This document shows, one piece after another, positions 1 through 7,272 of a stretch of 64,000 nucleotides of DNA. The translations under genes were made by a program, and so were the position numbers. The notes beneath the pieces were generated by a model. It was given only the letters and a program-made list of their open reading frames with translations, was not told the DNA's origin and ran no database searches. The stretch is from assembly GCA_963840455.1 (NCBI GenBank), contig CAWIYV010000001.1, positions 256,001 through 320,000 on the forward strand, written 5' to 3'. The stretch comes from Nitrospirota bacterium. Lineage in GTDB: Bacteria; Nitrospirota; UBA9217. Position 1 is the stretch's first letter, and the number at the start of each line of letters is the position of its first letter.

Positions 1-1668
1 GACCACCTTGGTGAAGAACCGCGCGTAGAGCAGGTGCAGGACCGCGTGCTCGATGCCGCCGATGTACTGGTCCACGCTCATCCAGTAGCCTGCCGCTTTC
101 TTGTCGAAGGGCGCCAACCTGTGCTTCGGCGAGCAGTAGCGCAGAAAATACCACGACGAGTCCACGAAGGTGTCCATCGTGTCGGTCTCGCGGCGCGCTT
201 TCCCTCCGCACGTCGGGCAGACGGTCTCCCGGAACACCCTTGATTCGGCCAGCGGGGAAAGCCCCTTGCCGGTGAACTCAATGTCCATGGGAAGCCGTAC
301 GGGCAGGTCCTTCTCCGGCACCGGCACGGTGCCGCACGTTTCGCAATAGACGACCGGGATCGGCGTGCCCCAGTACCGCTGCCGCGAGATGCCCCAGTCG
401 CGGAGCCGCCAGTTCACCGTGCGTTTGCCCATGTTCTTCTGCTCAACGTACTGGGCCACCGTGGCCTTGCCCTTGATATTCGGCGTCCCGTCAAAAGTCC
501 CTGAACCGGCCATGTCACCTTCTTCTACGTACGCCTGCTTCATGGTCGCCGCATCAAGGTCCTTGTTCGCGTTCTGGATCACCACGCGGACCGGGAGGCC
601 GTACTTCTTCGCGAACTCGAAGTCCCGCTGGTCGTGGGCCGGAACGGACATGATGGCGCCGGTGCCGTAGTCCATGAGCACGAAATTGCCGACCCAGACC
701 GGGACCCTCTCGCTGTTGAGCGGATTGACGGCGTAGGCCCCGGTGAAGATGCCCTCTTTCTCCCGGCTCTCGTCCGTGCGCTCCGCCTTGTCCTCGCGCA
801 TCACCCGCTGGCAGAAGGCGCGGACCTCCGCGGCCTGCGGCTTTCCTTGTATGAGGGTCTCTACCATGGGGTGCTCAGGCGCGATGCTCATGAACGTGAC
901 GCCATACAGCGTGTCCGGCCGGGTCGTGAAGATCGTGAGCTTTTCGCCGGACCGCTCCACGATGAAGTCAACTTCCACGCCTATGGACTTCCCAATCCAG
1001 TTCCGCTGCATGGTGAGGACGCGCTCGGGCCATCCCGGGAGCTTGTCGCAGAATGCCAGCAGTTCCTCGGCATAGGCGGTGATCTTGAAGAACCACTGCT
1101 CCAGTTCGCGGTGCGTCACAACGGAACCGCAGCGCCAGCAATGGCCGTCCTCCACCTGCTCGTTGGCGAGCACCGTGTTGCACGACGGACACCAGTTCAC
1201 GTAGGAAAGCTTCTTATAGGCCAGGCCCTTCTCGAGCATTTTCAGGAAGAACCACTGGTTCCATCGGTAGTAGTCCTCGAGGCAGGTGGTCACTTCGCGG
1301 TCCCAGTCGTAGGAGAGGCCCATGCGCTTGAGCTGCTTGTCGCGCATGAAGGCGATATTCTCGAGGGTCCATTTCGAAGGATGAATGCCGTGTTTGATGG
1401 CCGCGTTCTCCGCCGGCAGGCCGAAGGAGTCCCAGCCCATGGGATGCAGCACGTTGAACCCGCGCATCCGCTTGTACCGCGACACCACGTCGCCGATCGA
1501 ATAGTTCCGCACGTGGCCCATGTGGATCCTGCCCGAGGGATAGGGGAACATCTCGAGGCAGTAGTACTTGGGTTTCGACGCGTCTTCCGCCACGGCGAAG
1601 GTCCGGCTCTCCGCCCACCGCTGCTGCCAGCGTTCTTCCACGTTCTTCGGATCATAACGCTCTTCCAA
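1..1668 (-). CDS. leuS: Leucine--tRNA ligase, 5' part (runs off window)
   Basis: TTG start at 1668 after GGAGG; translates [16 protein letters not shown]...[22 protein letters not shown] (HIGH-like HMGH), [21 protein letters not shown]. Confidence 0.96.
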   Translation of the reverse strand, partial: MEERYDPKNVEERWQQRWAESRTFAVAEDASKPKYYCLEMFPYPSGRIHMGHVRNYSIGDVVSRYKRMRGFNVLHPMGWDSFGLPAENAAIKHGIHPSKWTLENIAFMRDKQLKRMGLSYDWDREVTTCLEDYYRWNQWFFLKMLEKGLAYKKLSYVNWCPSCNTVLANEQVEDGHCWRCGSVVTHRELEQWFFKITAYAEELLAFCDKLPGWPERVLTMQRNWIGKSIGVEVDFIVERSGEKLTIFTTRPDTLYGVTFMSIAPEHPMVETLIQGKPQAAEVRAFCQRVMREDKAERTDESREKEGIFTGAYAVNPLNSERVPVWVGNFVLMDYGTGAIMSVPAHDQRDFEFAKKYGLPVRVVIQNANKDLDAATMKQAYVEEGDMAGSGTFDGTPNIKGKATVAQYVEQKNMGKRTVNWRLRDWGISRQRYWGTPIPVVYCETCGTVPVPEKDLPVRLPMDIEFTGKGLSPLAESRVFRETVCPTCGGKARRETDTMDTFVDSSWYFLRYCSPKHRLAPFDKKAAGYWMSVDQYIGGIEHAVLHLLYARFFTKVV

Positions 1669-1683
1669 AAGTCCTCCAAAACA

Positions 1684-1726
1684 TTGCAAATTGCAAAGTG
1701 TAAATTGTGAATATCAAATTGAAAAT
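1684..1726. repeat. Heptamer tandem array (TTGCAAA-like x6), inverted relative to the arrays at 2168-2208 and its copies
   Basis: ttgcaaa ttgcaaa gtgtaaa ttgtgaa tatcaaa ttgaaaa. Confidence 0.85.
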
Positions 1727-1752
1727 CTACTCTTCGTCAAGGTATTACAAAG

Positions 1753-2112
1753 CTATTTTTGCTTTTTGGCGGTAACGACTGACTTTGCAATGATATTGCT
1801 CAACTGACGGGTCTCGCCGATCATACTTGCGACGTTATGCTCCTTCATGATCTGTGCTTTATCGATCAGTCTGAGCCAAAATAGTGATTCGCGTAATTCT
1901 TTGAGAACGATCTGAAGCTTGTGAAGAAAATCCGCCCTGCTCTGAGCGCCTCGTGCTTCTTCGTAGTTCGCCCCTGACGACGTGCCCGAGCGTAACAGTT
2001 GGCCTGCGATCTCCCGCCCTGTTGCTGTCTTTCTCAGCAACGTGGTGATCCTCACGACTTCCGCCGCATACGATAAAAAGCGCTCTGAAAGCTGATCCGC
2101 CTTGCTATCCAT
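1753..2112 (-). CDS. Four helix bundle protein (23S rRNA IVS protein / bAvd-like fold family)
   Basis: 119 aa with QLLRSGTSSGANYEEA...SRADFLHKLQIVLKELRESLFWL family signature. Confidence 0.9.
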   Translation of the reverse strand: MDSKADQLSERFLSYAAEVVRITTLLRKTATGREIAGQLLRSGTSSGANYEEARGAQSRADFLHKLQIVLKELRESLFWLRLIDKAQIMKEHNVASMIGETRQLSNIIAKSVVTAKKQK

Positions 2113-2126
2113 TTACCTTTTCCAAT

Positions 2127-2510
2127 GTGCAATTATGCACTCTCAATGCAGTTGTCAGGTTTCCTTCAAATTTTGTACTTTGCACTTTGCAATTTACCAT
2201 TTGCAATGCATTCGCCCTCACGATTTTACCCTGGTCTTTACGTACTGCTCGATGGTGCAATTATGCACTCTGCAATGCAGTTGTCAGGCTTCCTTCAAAT
2301 TTGCACTTTGCACTTTGCAATTTACCATTTGCAATGCATTCGCCCTCAGGATTTTACCCTGGTCTTTACGTACTGCTCGATGGTGCAATTATGCACTCTG
2401 CAATGCAGTTGTCAGGCTTCCTTCAAATTTGCACTTTGCACTTTGCAATTTACCATTTGCAATGCATTCGCCCTCAGGATCTTACCCTGCTTTTCACATA
2501 CTGCTCGATG
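2127..2510. repeat. Three tandem 128-bp direct repeats, each containing (C/A)TTTGCA heptamer arrays
   Basis: Units start at 2127, 2255 and 2383 with gtgcaattatgcactc and end tactgctcgatg; only a few substitutions/indels between units. Confidence 0.95.
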
Positions 2511-2588
2511 ATGACTCACTCCGCACCGAGCATGCGCTGCGCGTCGCTCCGCTCACGTGACCCGACGGCCGGCGCCCGACGCAGGATG

Positions 2589-3119
2589 TCATTCTCTGAG
2601 CCACCCCGGGTAGGCATCGGCCTTTCGCGCTTCCTCGGGCAGGTCCACGTCGAGCTCCCGCCTGAGCTTCGTGATCTTCTTATCGATCTTGGCCATCTTT
2701 TTGTCCCGCGAGGACTTGGCCTTCTGGGTGCTGCTTGATGAGCGTTTTTTCGTCTTGGACTCTTCATTCCTTTCCTGCTTCACGAGAAGCTCGCGTTCGT
2801 CCTCCTGATCCCGGAGCTGCCGGCGCAGGTTCTCGGCGCGTTTCCGCCAATACTGCTCTCCCCTGCCGTACTTGTCCTTGTGCTCCGGCACTGCCGCCGG
2901 CTTGTTCTTGCCGGCAACGGGGTCTTTACCGACGCTTACCCGGTCGTCACGTACCTCCATGGGCTTCGCCGCGCCGCGGTACTCCGCCGGGATCTTCTCC
3001 TTGTCGTTGGTTATGAACTCCCGGCCGTTCCGGTCCACCCACTTGTAGAACTCGGCGCGGACATCCGACGAAGTTACCAGGATCATCAGAAAAACCACCA
3101 GCACTATCGTTCTCCCCAT
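2589..3119 (-). CDS. DUF4124-domain exported protein with coiled-coil C-terminus
   Basis: ATG at 3119 after GGAGG; signal peptide then FYKWVDRNGREFITND...IPAEYR motif. Confidence 0.8.
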   Translation of the reverse strand: MGRTIVLVVFLMILVTSSDVRAEFYKWVDRNGREFITNDKEKIPAEYRGAAKPMEVRDDRVSVGKDPVAGKNKPAAVPEHKDKYGRGEQYWRKRAENLRRQLRDQEDERELLVKQERNEESKTKKRSSSSTQKAKSSRDKKMAKIDKKITKLRRELDVDLPEEARKADAYPGWLRE

Positions 3120-3127
3120 GGGCGCCT

Positions 3128-3250
3128 CCGGACGCTGAACGTACTGTGCCCGCGCAATCCCCGTTGCTCGGAACGGGGTCAAGCGGGCACACTGACGATA
3201 TCCTCTTTCCCTGGATGTGACGGGCATCCACAACGCTCCTGCGGCGTCAT
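3128..3250 (-). ncRNA. Candidate structured 5' leader RNA of the DUF4124 gene
   Basis: Nested complementarities on the - strand: GACGC/GCGTC + GAGCGT/ACGTTC closing stem, GGATG/CATCC hairpin, TGTGCCCGC/GCGGGCACA + CCCCGTT/AACGGGG hairpin; the 3' strand abuts the RBS. Confidence 0.35.
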
Positions 3251-3297
3251 GGAATGGTAATAATTATCACAATTACCGGTGGTTCGCAAGGTTTTTT

Positions 3298-3327
3298 ATT
3301 GAATTAACAGGCGCGTTAATGCTATAG
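3298..3327 (+). promoter_or_regulatory. Putative sigma-70 promoter for der
   Basis: TTGAAT-N18-TATAGT with TG extended -10. Confidence 0.45.
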
Positions 3328-3441
3328 TGCGGTTCTAAAAATTTTCCTTTCCGCGGAAACGCTCGATAGAAATACGGGAACATCGACCAGTTCTTTGTCC
3401 GTGTTCATCAGAGTCCGTCCGCGGCCAATGAGCCCTGAATC

Positions 3442-4839
3442 ATGCCAAAACCAGTCGTCGCCATCGTGGGCAGGCCGAACGTCGGCAAGTCCACTCTCTT
3501 CAACCGCATCATCGGCAGGAACCTCGCCATCGTCGAGGACTTTCCCGGCGTGACGCGGGACCGCAACTACGCCGACGCGGAGTGGGACGGAAAGCATTTC
3601 CATCTTGTGGACACTGGCGGGTTCGAGCCGGAATCCGAAGACCCCATGTACATGAAGATGCGCGACCAGACCACCCTTGCCATCGAAGAGGCGGACCTCA
3701 TCCTGTTCCTCATGGACGGCAAGGAGGGCCTGCTGCCGGCGGACCTCGAGGTTGCTCAGCGGCTGCGCGCGGCCGGGAAACCGGTCGTCTACGCCATCAA
3801 CAAGGTGGACGGCGCACGGCACGAAGGCCTCCTTCCCGATTTCTACCGCCTCGGCGTGGACACGCTCATCCCTATCTCGGCCCAGCATGGACAGGGCTTT
3901 TCCGACCTCATGGATGAGCTGGCAAAGTTCCTTCCCGAGCAGACCGCGCAGCCCAAAGCGCCGGATGAGGTAACGGAATGGGTCCCGCCGCGGATCGCCA
4001 TCATCGGACGGCCGAACGTGGGCAAATCGTCATTCGTCAACTCGCTCATCGGCGAGGACCGCATGATCGTGAGCGCCGTCGCCGGGACCACGCGGGACTC
4101 GATCGACAGCGTGTACAAGTACTATGGCCGGGAGTACGTCCTCGTTGACACGGCAGGCATCAGGAGCCGCGGCAGGGTCAGCCAGGGCGTGGAGAAATAC
4201 AGCGTCATGCGGGCCATGAAGAGCGTCAGCCGCTGCGATGTAGCGCTGGTGCTGCTCGATGCCGCGGAAGGCATCACGGAGCAGGATGAACGGGTCGTGG
4301 GCCTTGCCCACGAAGAAGGAAAGGGCATCATTCTCATCCTGAACAAGTGGGACCTGGTGCAGGACAAGGAGGAAGGCTACAAGAAGTTCGTGGACGATGT
4401 CCGGCTCCGGCTCAAGTTCGTGGACTACGCGCCGGTCCTGACCATCTCGGCCCTCACGCGCCAGCGCGTGACCAAGGTCTTCGACGAGATCGACCGTATC
4501 GTTGCCGAGCGGGAGAAGCGCGTGCCCACGGCGGAGCTGAACCGGGTGTTCGAGAACCTCACGTCGCGGCACGAACCGCCGATGTACCGCAGCAGGCGGG
4601 TCAAGTACTACTACGCCACCCAAGTGGGGATCAAACCGCCCACGTTCGTGCTGTTCGTGAACTACCCCGATGGCGTCCACTTCTCCTACATCCGGTACAT
4701 CGAGAACAACCTGCGGCAGGCCTTCGGGTTCCACGGCTCGCCCATCAGGATCTACCCCAAGCGGCGGCGGGAAGAGCAGACCGCGGAGGAGCGGACACGT
4801 CCGGGGAAGACCGCTGCCAGGAAGAAGAAAAAGGCCTGA
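3442..4839 (+). CDS. der: Ribosome biogenesis GTPase Der (EngA)
   Basis: Two GRPNVGKS P-loops, GVTRD/GTTRD, DTGG/DTAG, NKVD/NKWD, C-terminal KH-like domain. Confidence 0.98.
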   Translation: MPKPVVAIVGRPNVGKSTLFNRIIGRNLAIVEDFPGVTRDRNYADAEWDGKHFHLVDTGGFEPESEDPMYMKMRDQTTLAIEEADLILFLMDGKEGLLPADLEVAQRLRAAGKPVVYAINKVDGARHEGLLPDFYRLGVDTLIPISAQHGQGFSDLMDELAKFLPEQTAQPKAPDEVTEWVPPRIAIIGRPNVGKSSFVNSLIGEDRMIVSAVAGTTRDSIDSVYKYYGREYVLVDTAGIRSRGRVSQGVEKYSVMRAMKSVSRCDVALVLLDAAEGITEQDERVVGLAHEEGKGIILILNKWDLVQDKEEGYKKFVDDVRLRLKFVDYAPVLTISALTRQRVTKVFDEIDRIVAEREKRVPTAELNRVFENLTSRHEPPMYRSRRVKYYYATQVGIKPPTFVLFVNYPDGVHFSYIRYIENNLRQAFGFHGSPIRIYPKRRREEQTAEERTRPGKTAARKKKKA

Positions 4840-4878
4840 TGGCGAGGGATGGCCGAGCTACCTAGTGCCGAAAAGAAG

Positions 4879-4908
4879 AAGGCCGGCAGTCTATCTGCCG
4901 GCCTTTAC
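4879..4908 (+). terminator. Intrinsic terminator after der
   Basis: aaggccggcag-tctat-ctgccggcctt followed by tac. Confidence 0.6.
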
Positions 4909-4928
4909 TGTTCTCTATGATCCCGCTG

Positions 4929-5201
4929 CTACCGCCGGCCTACCCCGCCTGTCTGCGGATGCCGCTGCTGTCCGGGGCCGCGATGCATCGGCCCGCCCAT
5001 GGTAGGCTCGGGCCGGCACTTCTTCAGCTCGTCATGGTTCGTCGCCTTTTCCCCGCAGGCCCTCTCCTGATCGAGCCTTGCGGTTCGCTCATCGAGCATC
5101 TTCAGCACCCACGCCTTGACCTCCGGGAACCGGTCTTCCACTGATGATACAACTGCGGTTCGTTCGCTAACCCCGCAGCAAGCACCGGCAAATGTGATCG
5201 C
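4929..5201 (-). pseudogene. N-terminally truncated remnant of a small exported helical protein
   Basis: Frame AITFAGA...VEDRFPEVKAWVLKMLDERTARLDQERACGEKATNHDELKKC; TGA directly upstream, no start or RBS. Confidence 0.4.
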
Positions 5202-5226
5202 TCATGGATTCAATGGCAGGGGCCCC

Positions 5227-6576
5227 TCACCGCTCCCGCGGTATCCCCCACTTCTTCCGCTTCTCCCAGAGCGACTTCCGCGTTATGCCGAGCATGTCGG
5301 CGATCTGCTGCTCGTTGAACTGCGTCTGATGGCGCTGGATGAAGGCCTTGGTGTAATCCTCGATGGTAAGCTTCTTTTCGAACGCGGCCTCCTGGAACGT
5401 GCCATCGCCCTTGACCCCTTCGGGGAGACATTCCGGCGTGATGGTATCGCCGTCGGCGATAAGGATCGCGCGCTCCACCACGTTCTGGAGCTCGCGCACG
5501 TTCCCCGGCCACAGATAGTTCGCCATGACATCGAGTGCAGCCGGAGCGATGTCCTTCACCTGTTTGCCCATCTCGTGGGTGTACTTATCGAGATAGTGCC
5601 TGACCAGGGACCGGATATCCTCCTTCCGGTCGCGCAGCGGAGGTATTTGGAGCGATATGACGTTGATCCGGTAGTAGAGGTCCTCCCGGAAGGCGTTCTC
5701 GCGTACGGCCGCCCGGAGGTCATGGTTCGTGGCGGTGATTAAGCGGATGTCGATCTTGGTCCCCTTGGTGCTGCCCACGGGCCGGATCACCTGGTCCTCG
5801 ATGACCCTGAGGAGCTTTGCCTGGAGCGGGAGGCTCATGTCGCCGATCTCGTCGAGGAACACGGTCCCGCCGTCGGCCTCTTCCAGGAGCCCCTTCTTGG
5901 ACGACACGGCGCCGGTGAACGCGCCCCGCACATGGCCGAAGAGCTCCGTTTCGAGCAGGTTCTCGGGGATCGCCGAGCAGTTGATCGGGACGAAAGGCAT
6001 GTCGCGCCGGGAGCTGTTGTGGTGGATCACCCGGGCAAAGAGCTCCTTGCCCGTTCCCGTCTCGCCCAGCAGCAGCACGTTGCTCCGGGTGTCCGTGACC
6101 TTCCGGACCTCGGCCAGGATGCTCTTGAGCGCCTGGCTTTCCCCGATGATCGTGCTGAAATCGTGGTCTTTCGCGATCTCGCGCTTCAGCAGGACGTTCT
6201 CCGCCTGGAGGCTCTTCTGCTTCAGGGCGTTCTTGACGACCTGCTTGATCTCATCGTGGATGATGGGCTTCATGATGTAGTCGTAGGCGCCGGCCCGGAG
6301 CGCCTTGACCGATGTGTCGAGCGATGCATAGGCCGTTACCACGATGAAGATCTGGTCGGGCAGCTGTTCCCGCACCTTGGTCAGCATCTCGATGCCGTCT
6401 ATCCCGGGCAGAATGATGTCGGAAATGATCACATCGAACAGAGTGGACTCGAGAAGCGCCAGCCCACGCTCCGCCGACTCCACGGCCTCCACCAGGTACC
6501 CTTCCTTGGTGAATATCCGCTTGACCGACTCCCGCAGCGTTTCTTCGTCTTCCACGATCAGGATGCTCTTCGACAT
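5227..6576 (-). CDS. Sigma-54-dependent response regulator (NtrC family: REC-AAA+-Fis HTH)
   Basis: REC (VEDE, D-phosphoacceptor, KP), GETGTGKE, GAFTGA, FLDEIG, WPGNVREL, C-terminal HTH. Confidence 0.96.
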   Translation of the reverse strand: MSKSILIVEDEETLRESVKRIFTKEGYLVEAVESAERGLALLESTLFDVIISDIILPGIDGIEMLTKVREQLPDQIFIVVTAYASLDTSVKALRAGAYDYIMKPIIHDEIKQVVKNALKQKSLQAENVLLKREIAKDHDFSTIIGESQALKSILAEVRKVTDTRSNVLLLGETGTGKELFARVIHHNSSRRDMPFVPINCSAIPENLLETELFGHVRGAFTGAVSSKKGLLEEADGGTVFLDEIGDMSLPLQAKLLRVIEDQVIRPVGSTKGTKIDIRLITATNHDLRAAVRENAFREDLYYRINVISLQIPPLRDRKEDIRSLVRHYLDKYTHEMGKQVKDIAPAALDVMANYLWPGNVRELQNVVERAILIADGDTITPECLPEGVKGDGTFQEAAFEKKLTIEDYTKAFIQRHQTQFNEQQIADMLGITRKSLWEKRKKWGIPRER

Positions 6577-6654
6577 GCTCAGACCTCACGCATTAGGATC
6601 CACTGATTTCACAGATTGGTAATATACAAAGCGCCTGCGTAGACATTCCCTTGT

Positions 6655-7230
6655 CCTTGTTCGCCTGCCTGGATCTTTTCATGGGATTGATTCAAGGCCA
6701 CTGAAGAAAAAGGTTCAACGTTTTACCCCCAACCCCGCCGTCCACGGAGCGGCCCTATAAAATATCTGGAGCACCCGTCTTGGCCTAAGGAAGCGTCCCG
6801 AAGGGCGAACGCGCATGTCTGAGGCCGAAGGCCGAGTTTGCGCGGGCGAGCGTACGTGGCCTTAGACGGACCAAGAATTTCATTGTCGCTCCCTGCGGAG
6901 CTCCGATTCTCAGGGAAGATGTTATTCTAATCGCTCGCTATGCGCTTGCTCCTGGATTCAGGACGCGAAGGGGATGTGCAAACAAATCAGCCTTGCTTCC
7001 ACTCTTTTGTCACCTTTCTTGCTTACCCGAAGAAAGGTGACCCAAAGAAGGACACCCGGCGAAGATCCTTTACGGCAGGCTCGGTCGTCCTCGGTACATT
7101 TCGGAAACTCGCCCTTTGGGCTCAGACATCCGAAATGTTTAACCCTCGTCCTCGGTCGCCTGCCTGGATCTTCGCATGGGGACTGATCTGCTTTACCCCC
7201 TACCCCGCGCGTCCACGGAGCGGCCCTGCA
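6655..7230. repeat. Composite REP/MITE-like intergenic repeat cluster
   Basis: Direct repeats tcgcctgcctggatctt..catggg (6661/7156) and cccc..gtccacggagcggccct (about 6725/7195); inverted tgtctgaggccgaaggccgagttt (6816) vs aaactcgccctttgggctcagaca (7106); palindrome cttttgtcacctttctt...aagaaaggtgacccaaag. Confidence 0.7.
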
Positions 7231-7272
7231 ACGCCCCTTCCCTGAAATCTGCGCCCTCTGCGAATGACACCG

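Noticed and set aside
2127-2510. CRISPR array
   Set aside because: Whole 128-bp units are repeated with no unique spacers, and there are no cas genes.
1753-2510. Diversity-generating retroelement (Avd + TR/VR)
   Set aside because: No reverse transcriptase in the window, and differences between units are not adenine-specific.
2102-2738. ORFs spanning the 128-bp repeats
   Set aside because: Open in several frames because of the repeat; no RBS or recognisable product.
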